From assembly GCA_020536535.1 (NCBI GenBank), contig JAHLWZ010000882.1, positions 1 through 61,341 on the forward strand: 61,341 nucleotides of DNA, in the 5' to 3' direction. The DNA comes from Pelomyxa schiedti (taxonomy: Eukaryota; Protista; Evosea). The position numbers were made by a program, and so were the translations under genes. This document shows, piece after piece, positions 1-10,986 of the stretch (position 1 is its first letter; each line of letters starts with the position of its first letter). The notes beneath the pieces are model-generated. The model was not told the origin of the DNA. It did no database searches and saw nothing but the letters and a program-made list of their open reading frames with translations.

Positions 1-339
1 GAAATCCCAGCAGGTCCTGCTCCTAAAAAATCAAAAAGAGGTTCCACAAGGTGCTTAATTCACACTGAACCCACTCAACCCACACAAAGACACTCCCAAC
101 AATTTCACAAAACACCACCCCGAAACAGCATCACATACGTTCCTGGCACAGAAACCACCCAGAAGCACGACCACCACCACTGGAAAAGCACTAGTTCGAG
201 GCAAAACTCCGGTTTTTTTACCCCAAGTTTGCCGCACCCCAACTTATTGGGGAGTAAACTCCCGAAACTAAGTTGGTTCCGAGGAGTAAACTCCGAAAAG
301 CATTGGCCATCCCAACGATTGCATCTGTGAGTCAGGAGA

Positions 340-2079
340 GGACTGTGCCAAGACTGCTGATGAAAGTTAGCCTACCCCATGCCAAGGATCGATGAGACCT
401 TAGACACCCTTGGGGGTTGTGATTGGTTCTCAGGACTCGATATGAAGGCAGGCTACTGGCAGATAGAGCTCACGGAGGAATCTAAGGCAAAGTCAGCATT
501 CCGAACTAGAAGTGGCTTGTACCAGTTCAAGGTGATGCCCTTGATCCTAGCGAAGCTAAGTCCAGCACATTGTCTTGTATATGTGGACGATGTCATTATC
601 TTCTCAAGGGGGAATTTGGATACACACTTGGAGTGGGTGCAGAAAGTCTTTGATTGCCTGAGGAAAGCGGGACTCCAGGTGAATGTAGGCAAGTGCGAAC
701 TTGCCAGGCATCAGCTGAAGTACTTGGGACATCTTGGCAGAGAGGGAATCCTACCAGATCCAGCTAAAGTGAAAGCAGTTCAAGCCATCTTGCCACCAAA
801 GAACCTAGAGGAAGTGAGGAGTTTCATTGGATTGGTAAGCTATTACCGCAGGTTCATCAAGCACTTTGCAGAGATAGCGGCGCCTTTGGAGGAGCTCAAG
901 AAGAAGGGACAAAAATTCCACAGGGAATGCTAGAGCAAGGCGTGTTCCAGAGACTGAAGAACGAGTTGATAAAGTCTCCAGTCCTGAATTATCCCAACTG
1001 GGATAAGGAGTTCTTTGTGGAGACTGATGCTTCAGAGCGGAGCATAGCAGCCACCCTAACGCAGAAGGATGCTTCTGGGAAATCAGTGCCCATTGCCTAC
1101 ATCAGCAGGAAGCTGAGGGACGCCCAGAAGAACTATCCAATGCCTCAGCTGGAAGCTTTGTCAGTGGTGGTGGCAGTGGAGAAATTCGAACCATACTTGT
1201 GGGAAAGGCACTTTACTGTGGTGACAGATGCTCAGGCCTTGTCCAATCTAGCTAAGGTGCAGGGCAGATCCCGTCTTGCACGGTGGGCTTTAGCATTGCA
1301 GGAGTATGATTATTCTGTGGTGCATAGGCCGGGGAAGGAGAATACCAGTGATGGTCTGACCAGGGTATCTCTGGAGGACAAGGAGGGGAGCAAAGGGGAG
1401 CCACCAGCAGTGAAGGCAACTCACCACGTGGGAACAATCTCTGTTGAGGGGTTAGCTGAGGATCAGAAAGCAGATCCTGGGAGCTATGTCTAGGGAGAGA
1501 CCTGGAAGGGATGCCAAGCTGAAGGCTATGGCATGCTACTTCACGGTGGATGAAGGGATTCTATGGCACTTGGACAAGCCTGTCAAGAATCCAAAGAGGT
1601 CTAGGACCAAGAGGATCTGTATTCCCAAAGGTTGGAAGGCAACAGTACTGGAGTTCTACCATGATAGGATCCAAGGTGGGGGGCACAGAGAAGACCTTCC
1701 AAGCGATCGCCAGGAAGTACTGGTGGACTTGCATGTATGAGGATGTGAAGGAGTGGATTGCCTCATGCACTGTCTGTGAACAGCAGAGGAGAAGCCGGGC
1801 ATCTTTCCAAAGTGGCTAGGTCCATACAGAGTGCAGGCAAAGCCCACAGAGTTGACAAGGACACTGGATTTTGGCAGATCAGTGATTTTCCCTACAGTGA
1901 CTGTGGACAGGTTGAAGCCAGTCAAGGAGAGTGACCTCAGGAGGCAGCAAGGAAAGGAACCTTCAACAGCAATGGTGCAGGAAAGGATCATCAGGGAGAG
2001 GATAAGAGGGCCATTCGTGCACTACAAGGTGAAGATGGTAGGTCACAAGTGCAACGAAGGGGATCAGGGTGCATCATGA
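340..2079 (+). mobile_element. pol: Degenerate Ty3/gypsy LTR retrotransposon pol remnant: RT, RNase H, integrase Zn-finger, GPY/F motif, chromodomain-like tail
   Basis: 379-933 MPRIDETLDTLGG..FSGLDMKAGYWQI..YVDDVIIFS (RT). 927-1493 FFVETDASERSIAATL..YLWERHFTVVTDAQAL..RLARWALALQEYDY (RNase H). HDRIQGGGH plus RKYWW..WIASCTVC (integrase H2C2 finger). FPKWLGPYRV near 1805. RIIRERIRGPFVHYKVKMVGH (chromodomain-like). Frameshifts and in-frame stops present. Confidence 0.93.
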
Positions 2080-2149
2080 GGAGCTCCAAAGGGCAGCAAG
2101 GCCTGATTTGAGGATCCAGCAAGATTCCAACCAGGCAGAGACTGCGAGG

Positions 2150-2607
2150 TGTAGAAGGCCACCTGCAGTGGCAGAATGAAGTTCAGCTATGGTGAAATAC
2201 ATTTCTGAATTGCTTCCTTCTCCTCATGATTCAGGTGCTCACCAACGATCCACTGTATTTCTTCCTTCTGACCTGTGTGATTCAGTAGAATACACACTCT
2301 GCGAGCACGAGCACAAACACCGAGACTGAGAGACTGACCTGCTGAGTCAGCACTCGGACCTGACATCTTAGGAAATCAAGTTCGCGGAAATCTACCTGAT
2401 CGTTCACCTCGATTTCAAGTCCTTATAAGCCTGACACACTCCGACCTTAGAATCACAACCCAAACCTCATAAATCAAAACAAACAACAAACAGAACAAAT
2501 AATAGAATCCTTTCTTGATCTCGTTCTCTGCTTTGCTGTCACACAACGAACTACATCCCACAGAAGCACACAGACCCTCTGTGCAGGCCTCTTTCTGGGT
2601 CTCCACA
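2150..2607 (+). mobile_element. Candidate 3' LTR of the gypsy element
   Basis: Starts TGTAGA and ends TCCACA (imperfect TGT..ACA terminal inverted repeat), just downstream of pol. Contains a TATA-like ttataa near 2423 and an A-rich tract. The second LTR is not in the window, so boundaries are unverified. Confidence 0.35.
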
Positions 2608-2731
2608 GTGCTTAGAGCACCTGCTCACAAATTGGACCAACTCAAAAAGTGGACAGTGTGACTTTTTGGGATGGTGGATGTTTAATGAAATCGTTTCACA
2701 TGATTGGATTGTTTTGATAAATGGTCAATTT

Positions 2732-2910
2732 GAGCACCACCACCATGAGCACTGTCACCCTGCATACTAGCACTGTAAGCACTACCACCATTGTCACCAC
2801 CATGAGCACTGCCACAAGCACTTACCACCACTGTGAGCACCACCACCATGAGCACTGCCACCATGAACACCACCATAAGCACCACCACTTAGAGCTCCAC
2901 CAGCACTACT
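2732..2910. repeat. Degenerate CAC-rich tandem repeat (caccaccatgagcactg-like units)
   Basis: Repeated gagcac/caccac/catgagcactg units read as HHCEHHHHEHCHHEHHHKHHH on + and GSAHGG on -. The frame is broken by a stop and a frameshift. Confidence 0.7.
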
Positions 2911-3226
2911 GGACATATTCCCACTGTGCCACAGTGAGTTGTGATTAGCTGATGGTGATGGTGGATTAATCAAGTGCAATTCACTGACTGAAGGTCCTTC
3001 TCTGCTTCTATGGACCTTCCACACAAAAATGCACCACTTACCAAAACAAGGAGTGGTGGTGGATAGCACTTCTTACCATTGACTATGGTCTCTTGATTTT
3101 CCACATGGGGACCAGCACCTAAATCGAGCCTGTTGTGATTTTACCTCCACTTTCTCCAGTTGGGTAGTGTTTTCCCATTTTGAGACCCACTCTGGGTGAT
3201 TTGGAATCACGGTGCTTTTCAAGGAA

Positions 3227-6200
3227 ATGGGTAACACCAACACTGCTTCCAACCAATACCAAGTTCCACCCGCAGACCCTGCCAAATCGTCGAGCAATGT
3301 TACAAAAAGTGCTTGTGTTGACAACATCACGAGCAGCTCACCAACAAGCATCACCACTGCAAAACAAAAAAAGGAGGTTGTGATCGCAGAAGGGCCGCCG
3401 CTCGAGTACATTGTCGCATCCAGGTTCGTGAACAGACACACCGACGCACGCGACAGACACCACGATAAGCTCGCCAAGTCACTCGTTGCCTTCCGTGAAC
3501 ATGTCATACCCGCAATTTCTGAGTGCTTCCAAAGGTTTGTCTGTATTCCCCACACTTCCAACTCCGAAGAAGGTAACTCAAACGGATCCCAATTCAAAAA
3601 TACTCTTTTTTGTGCAGGTATGAAATCTTGCAAAAGGAGTTGTCCGAGATGACAGTGGCACCTGAGGAGAGTGATCTCATGCCGAAAGAGGAACAGGAAT
3701 TTGTGAGGAGTGTGTGCGGCAAAGAGCCTTTTCGAGCCGCTTTATTTGGCTCCACTGGTGTTGGTGAGCCTCTTCTCTTACATTTATTGCTTTCTCCTCA
3801 CATCTCCTTTTTCCTTTCAAATTTTAGGAAAGTCATCACTCATCAACTCCCTTTGTGGGCAGCACATTCTCCCAGTGCAGAGTGGGCATTGCACTGCCAG
3901 AATCTGTGTGTTGAAGTTTGCGGAACCAGAAAACGCGTGCATTCGCAGTGCAAAAGTTGTTGATGGCCACATCGTCACAGGTGAGGTTTTGGAGAGTCTC
4001 ACGAAGTTTTGCACTCGCAGTGAGCCTCTCGCACCCATTGAAGACAGTGAGGCCCCTCCAGAAACACTGGGTGGTAAGCTTAACCCACATCTTGGTCGGG
4101 AGTCTCTGCTCCAAGGTGTGTGATCCCTTTTACCACAAAGCATCACTCTGACCTGGAACAATCAGGTGTCGAGAATGAAGAAACGAAGCGAGACATATTG
4201 ACCACAATAATCATTGTGGAATACCCTGTGCCCCTTTTGAAGGCTGGCATCGAACTTGTGGACTTGCCTGGTCACGCAATAAGTGACACCCTCGGTGCAA
4301 TCATCTTCCCGTTCATGCCTGTGTTCTTGGCAGCTTACCGTCCACACGGTGTCGTTTTCTGCTTTGCAACTGCGGCATTTGAAATACGGGAACAGTATGC
4401 CTTGACAAGTCTGAAAGAAGTCATTTCCAAAGTTTCGGAATACCTCTCAGTTGACGATTACACACCCGATGTTTTCTTTGCCAACACATGTGTTGACATC
4501 AAAAATCTTGCAGATGAGCTGAATGGAGCAGAGCCCAATCTGATAAAAGAGGCTGCTGTTTTAAGAATATATGACAAGCACCTCAAACAGATGCTCCTGT
4601 CACCGGCAACAAGTTCGTTCACCATTCCAAGGGATTTCCAGAAGTGTACATCTTTTTGTTGTGTGAGTGCACACGATTTCTTGTATGACAGTGCATTCAG
4701 CAAGATGACATATGGAATATTCATGGACAAACTTCTGCACTGGATTGTCGCCACCCAACAGAGGCGATGTTGCATGGCACTTGCCCAAATCTGCACCGCT
4801 TCAGGGGCCTTCTTCAGGAATCTCACTGCTTTCTCAAACTGTTCTTGTGAAGAAATCCAGAGGGCAGAAGAAGCTACCAAGCAGGGGATTTTGTGCACGA
4901 GAGAAAGCATCTTGGCTGGGATCACTGAATGCACACAGCAGCTTCCGTTTCTTCTAAATGAAAAGGTGCAGCAAGTGCAAGGTGACTTCCTGAGGGAAGC
5001 TGTTTCTATGCCCTTCGAGTACAACCCAAACTGGCAGGCCACACAAAGACACCAAGCTGAGATGTGTCTTGCAGAAAATCTTATTCCTTGGCTGGAAGTG
5101 AATGTTACTCATCCTGTGATCACCAAAGTTAATTTGAAAATACAGAAAACTGTAGATGAACAGTTCCAGCGACTTTGTGAAACTGAAGATTCCGATGTGA
5201 GAGATTTACTGCAGCTGACAGCTCCTGGTTATGATGCAACAATGCACAGACGTGTATTGACTGCGTCAGTGGGTCTCACTTGCGTAGGTGTACTGGCATC
5301 CATTGTTGGCCTGGTTGTAGCACCATTCACAGGAGGAGCGAGTCTTGCATTATTTTTTGCAGGATTTGGAGTGACTATAGCCGCAAGTGGAGGAGTTTTA
5401 GGGCTGTCTTTTTTTGATCTCTTCTTTCTTGGCCCCAAAAGTCCTGACAACGAGTTCAAAAAACTGATCGCCCAACGAATGCTTGAGTCAGTCTGCACAC
5501 CAAAACAAGTAGAAGCACAAAGAGCGGAACTGGAAACAGTGGCCAAGAGAAGGGCAGAAAAGCTCATTCAGAGACGTCTGAATCGAGTGAAATCCCTATG
5601 TGCACAGAGACTCAGAATGGTAAATACTTGTCCTGAAGACAAGACAACATGGCTCAGACACCATTGGTCATTGATGCGCCTTAGCTTTGGCCAACTGATC
5701 GCCACGACACTTGAGGTACGGGACCAGATGCTGCAAAACCAACCTGTACTTCTAAACTCACCTGGCTCATTGTACTCAAAGGAATCATGGACACAGGAAG
5801 GCATTTTGGAAGACAAACCCGTTTTTGTGAAGGTTGTTGATCTTCGTAAGTGCAACGAAAGTGAGCAGAGGGCGTTCTTTGAGGACTTGCATCACTGGAG
5901 CTACATGGCATCACGCTCTCCGAACATTCTCCCTCTGCAAATGGTATACCAGCAGGCCAACATGTGGTGTGTTGTGTACCCACGGTTCACATACTCATTA
6001 AGGGAGCATATGGAGAGGCACATAGCAACAATGACACTTGCTGATGTGCTTGTGATAGCCAGGAATGTAATAGCTGCTCTCAGGGATCTCCACAACAATC
6101 AGATTGTTCACAGCAATCTCAGGCTGGAGACCATCGTGGTGACCACAGAAAACAACAAGGTGACTCACGTTGCAGTTGCTGGATTCAGCACAATCACAGG

Positions 6201-6558
6201 AGATAGTGGTGGCGAGCAAGGTTACCATGATGATACAAACAGCACCAGTTCTGTTTCTTCCAATGTGGATATTGGCGCAAACCGGCTTTTCTGCACCCCC
6301 AAGGTTGACATATTTGCGTTTGGGGTGATTCTGTCAGAGCTCACGCCCAAGCCCAAACTGTTGCGGTGCCTCACCACGACCACTGACGTTGCTCCTCAGT
6401 TGGCCACCTCTCGTGGAACACCACCCCAGTTGGTGAGTCTGATCAACAAGTGCGTGGCAACTGATCCCAGTCTCCGACCAACAGCTCGGGTTGTGTTCGA
6501 CTCTCTCAATGCTTTGTGCGACCCCCCTCTGGAGATGCTCCCCCAAGATAATGAATGA
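3227..6558 (+). CDS. Dynamin-like GTPase - hydrophobic hairpin - pseudokinase fusion protein, copy A (4 exons; introns 3535-3617, 3764-3827, 4116-4165)
   Basis: N-terminal MGNTNTAS. The spliced P-loop is GSTGV-GKSSLINSLCGQHILP. Also HCTAR (G2), LVDLPG (G3), FFANTCVD (G4-like), hydrophobic VGLTCVGVLASIVGLVVAPFTGGASLALFFAGFGV, and a kinase fold VFVK..HSNLRLETIVV..VAGFS..KVDIFAFGVILSEL..CVATDPSLRPT. All three GT-AG introns restore the frame. Confidence 0.85.
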
Positions 6559-6808
6559 AGTTGGCTCATGATCTTTCATTCAGTAATAAAGTATTTGATT
6601 GCGGTTGTGGCTTGAACCACGAAAGTTTGGAGTACGAGCGGATGGTGGTCCTTTGTGCTCCAAGCTCCACTTGGGGAAATCCTTTCAAGAATCCAATTCG
6701 GTAGAATGGAACTCATGACAGTGTGCGGATTCCTGCATTTCAAATTTTAATTGTTCCACTGTTTTCAAGTTGATTGTTCGCCACATTTTTGCGCAGGAGG
6801 TGGCACGA

Positions 6809-9800
6809 ATGGGGAATATCGGCCCCAAAGCAAAAACTGCACACGCGGCACCTCCAACCACAACACCCACGACACCCACGACACCTCCTGCCACAGCAAA
6901 ATCCAACGCCACCTCCCCCGTCAGTGACAGCACCGTTTGCAGCTCCGCTGCCAACCATTCTGACTCCTACACCGAAACTAGCAGTAAGAAAGAAAGGGAA
7001 GTGAAGCCCATCCACTAGCGGCTGAGACGTTCGTGAGAGGGCACGTAGATGACAGCCTGGGTCCCCACGAAAAGCTCGAAAGATCCATCACCGCCATACT
7101 AGAGCAAACGGTTGTTATTTCCGAGTGCTTCAACCGGTTTGATTATTGCTCTCTATAGGGACAAAAACGAACTAAAATAACAAACCGAAGGTACGAGTTC
7201 ATAGAGAAGGAGCTGGCAACAAAAATACATTTACCAAACGGGAAGTATCTCATGCCACCCGACGACAAGAAATTTGTGAGGAGTGTGTGCAGCAAAGCGC
7301 CTGTTCGAATTGCTTTCTATGGCCATACTGCTTCTGGTGTGCAGACCCCTCTCTTGTTGTTACTCTTCTCAAGTTCTCCTTTAAACCTTCAGGAAAGTCA
7401 TCACTCATCAACTCCCTTTGTGGGCAGCGCATTCTCCCTATGCGGAGTGGATATTGCACTGCCAGAGTCTGTGTGTTGAAGTACGCCGAGAAGGAAAAAG
7501 CCTGCATTCGCACTGCAAAAGTGGTGAATGGGGAAATCCAATATGCTCTAGGCGAGCCTTTTAGCCTGGCAAATGTTCGAAACAACCAAGAACTCCAAGG
7601 CAATATAATCAAGTACCTTGCCCGGGAAACTCTGCTACCGGAAGAATCAGGGGCTGCGAACGATAAAAGAAAAGGAGATATAGATGTGGTGGATATAGTG
7701 ACCACAATAGTCTTTGTTGAATACCCTGTGCCCCTTCTGAAGTCTGGCATCCAACTTGTGGATCTGCCTGGCCACGCAATAAGTGACCCCATTGGAAAAC
7801 CTATCTCCAAATTCATGCCTTTGTTCCTCGGAGCTTATTGTCCACATGGTGTCGTTTTCTGCTATAAAACGGCGGTATTTGACGGAGATGAACAGTGCGC
7901 CTTGACAAAGATGGAACAAGTACTTTTTCAGGCTTCAACAGGTCTCTCAGCAGATGAATACATACCAGAGGTTTTCTTTGCCAATACCCATGTGGACCTT
8001 GGTAATATCCTGGATGAGAGTCAAGGGTCCGATCTCGAACTGATACAAGATAATGATATTACAACGTCATACCAGAAACTCCTCGAGCATATGCGTCGGT
8101 CACCAGCAACGAGATCGTTCACCATTTCAGATGATTTCCAGAAGTGCACATCTTTTTGTTGTGTGAGTGCACACGACTTCTTGTATCACCATGAGCTCCG
8201 CACATTTCAACCATTCATGGACAAATTTTTGCACTGGATCATCGCTGTTCAGCAGCGGCTGTGCTGTCGGGCACTCACGCAAATATCGTCAGCATCAGGA
8301 ACCTTCTTTGAGAATCTTGCCGCATTGCCCTGCTCTCTTGAAGATATAGAGACAAAAAGAAAAACTACCACTGAGAGGATTGAGACTGGGAAAGCAACCG
8401 TCTTGGCTAGGATCGCTCTCCGCACAAAGGATCTTCCAAATCTTCTGATACATAAAGTAGAGGAAATAAAAGATGAGTTCTTGGAGAAAGCAATTGCTCT
8501 ATCCTTTGAGGAAACCCCCAGGTCGATAACATCAGACCAAGCCCAGCGATATCTTGAGGAAAAGCTTGCTCCTTGGCTAGCAGTAAACGTTGTTCATCCC
8601 GTGATTACTGACCTGCGTCAGCGAATCCAAGACGATGTCAAAGCAGAATTTCAAAGAATTATGAAAATGGAAGACAATGACGTGAGAGAGCTGCTCCAGG
8701 TTGCATCTCCTACCTATAGTCATATAATGCGCCGCCTCGCATACGCTGGCGTAGCGACTGCGGCTGGTCTTAACTTTGCTGCGTTCTTGGCTGCAGCTAT
8801 TTGCGTACCATTCACTGGGGGAGCCAGTGCACCAGTGGCAGTGATACTTGGAGTTAGTGCGTGTTCACTTGCAGGAGTTACAAGAGCAATTGCACCTCAC
8901 ACGGGGGAACAGCCCATTGACACTGCCTTTAAAAAGAATGCTGCACAACGCATGCTTGACAAACTATGTGACCCAATACAGGTAGAAAAACAACGAAAGG
9001 TACTGGAATATGTATGCTGTGAACGTACAACTCGGTATTTCCAGAGACATCTAGATAGGGTGACATGCCTCGGTCAACATAGAGAGCAAATGAAAAAGAC
9101 TGATGGTGTAGTAGAACTGGAGGATCTGCGTCTCCTTTTTGGAACACTGAATGCCGAGGCACTTGAGATGCGGGACTCCATTTTTCTAGGGCTGACAATA
9201 CAAACACAAACTTCATCTACTACAACTACTTCGAGCAGTAGCACTATAACTACTGCAGCTGTAGCCGACGGCGGCAATGAATTGGCGGCTGCGAAAGCTT
9301 GGGAGTCCGCCGTATTGGCCGACGACACCGACACCGACACGGGCACAGGCACGGGCACGGGCACGGGCACAAACGAAGGTGCCACTCCCGCTCCAACGGC
9401 ACCGGGGGAGCCCATAATGACAACGGCAGTGAAAACGGAAACAGCTACTTCTGCCCCTGCACCTTCAACTACGACTACAACTACCACCTGCTCAGTGAAT
9501 AGCAGCCAAACTGTTTCTATGAAGGTTGATCTGAGAAAGCGCAACAAAGCGTACCGGAGTGCCTTCTTTGAGGACCTCTCTCACTGGAACCAAATACAGC
9601 ACTGCTCTACCCACGTTCTGCAGCTGAAGAGGGTATTCAGAGATAATAACCCCAGGGTATGGTGCATGGAGCACCCACAGTTCACACTCACGCTCAAGGA
9701 CTACCTGGAGAAGCACATACGCAACATGAAGCTCTCCGCAGCACTGGATATAGCCAAGACAATAATCACCGCTATAAGAGACATCCACGAATTCGGGATT

Positions 9801-10190
9801 GTATGCGGCAATCTTAAGCGGGAGAACGTTGTAGTGACCACAGAAGGTGACAAGGTGACCACTGCACTGGCCGGCTTTGAAGTTACAGACATCAAAGAAT
9901 CCAACGTCTCGGGCATAGATGTGAACCGGTTTTCCTGCTCCCCAAAAGTTGACATATTTGCATTTGGAGTGATTCTGTCAGAGCTCACACGCCACTTCAC
10001 AACCACTGGTGTTCCTCAGTTGCTCGCTCCTGGCACACCACTCCAATTAACAAATCTCATCAACCAGTGTGTGACTACCAAGCTCAACCAGAGGCCATCA
10101 GCTTGGAAGGTACTTGAAAGTCTTAGTAAGATACACTGTGCGGAGGAGGATCGGCCGGCGCAGAATCTGGGAACAGGCAACTCTAATTAG
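6809..10190 (+). CDS. Dynamin-like GTPase - hydrophobic hairpin - pseudokinase fusion protein, copy B (tandem paralogue; frame break near 6985-7018)
   Basis: MGNIGPK start. P-loop GHTAS-GKS across intron 7337-7392. YCTAR, LVDLPGHAISD, FFANTHVD, hydrophobic AAICVPFTGGASAPVAVILGV, a T/S-rich insert, CGNLKRENVVV, ALAGFE, KVDIFAFGVILSEL. Collinear with copy A. Confidence 0.82.
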
Positions 10191-10394
10191 GGTCACCCCC
10201 AGAAAACAGTTGCAAAAAGGGCTTGATAATAAAAGGAGCTTACCCTGAGCGCATCGGCTGTCTAACTCGTAACCACACCACCAGCCTGGTTAGTGATGAA
10301 TAAAGGGAAAAATAAATAAAAAGATCTAGTATCTTTAGCTGGGGTTTTGTCACTGAGTTGTTGGGTATGGGTGAGTTGTGTCAACCATTGCCAT

Positions 10395-10625
10395 TCTGCA
10401 CCCCCAAAAGTTTTCCTTTTTGCATTTGGGGTGATTCTGTCCGAGCTTACACCCAAGCCCAAACTGCAGTGGTGCCTCGCCACGACCACTGGTGTTGGCA
10501 CTCAGTTGGCCACCGCTCATGGGACACCACCTTTGTTGGTGAATCTCATCAACAGGTGTGTGGCAACTGACCCCAGGCTCTGACCAACAGTATGATATAA
10601 TCAGTGCTTTGTGCCCTCCTCTGAG
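10395..10625 (+). pseudogene. Remnant of a third GTPase-pseudokinase paralogue (kinase C-lobe only)
   Basis: Near-copy of 6292-6530 (PKV.LFAFGVILSELTPKPKL..TTT.V..QLAT..GTPP.LVNLINRCVATDP). The CGA of copy A is TGA here (10581-10583). No upstream domains are present. Confidence 0.85.
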
Positions 10626-10986
10626 GTGCCCACCAGCGATAAAGAATTATGCATGTCCCTAACACAAGGCCCACAAGGTGAAGGCCTTTGAGTCTCAAGG
10701 GTTTCGACACCCATCGCACCTCCCCGAAAAGGAAAGCAATTCAGTGGATTTGTGTCCGGCCAAGAGGCTTAAACAATTAAAAAAAAAAAAGAAAGTTCGT
10801 ACCAAAAACCGGATTGTTTGTTTGTAAGCCAAACGACAATGGATACCTCTATGCCTAAACAATAATTTAATGAAACGTATACTATGCTCTCGTACGCAAC
10901 AACGAAACCGATGTAGACTTCAGCACCTGATTCTTTTTTCACAAACAACAAGGTCTATAACGGCAATTTATTAGAGACAAAAAACC

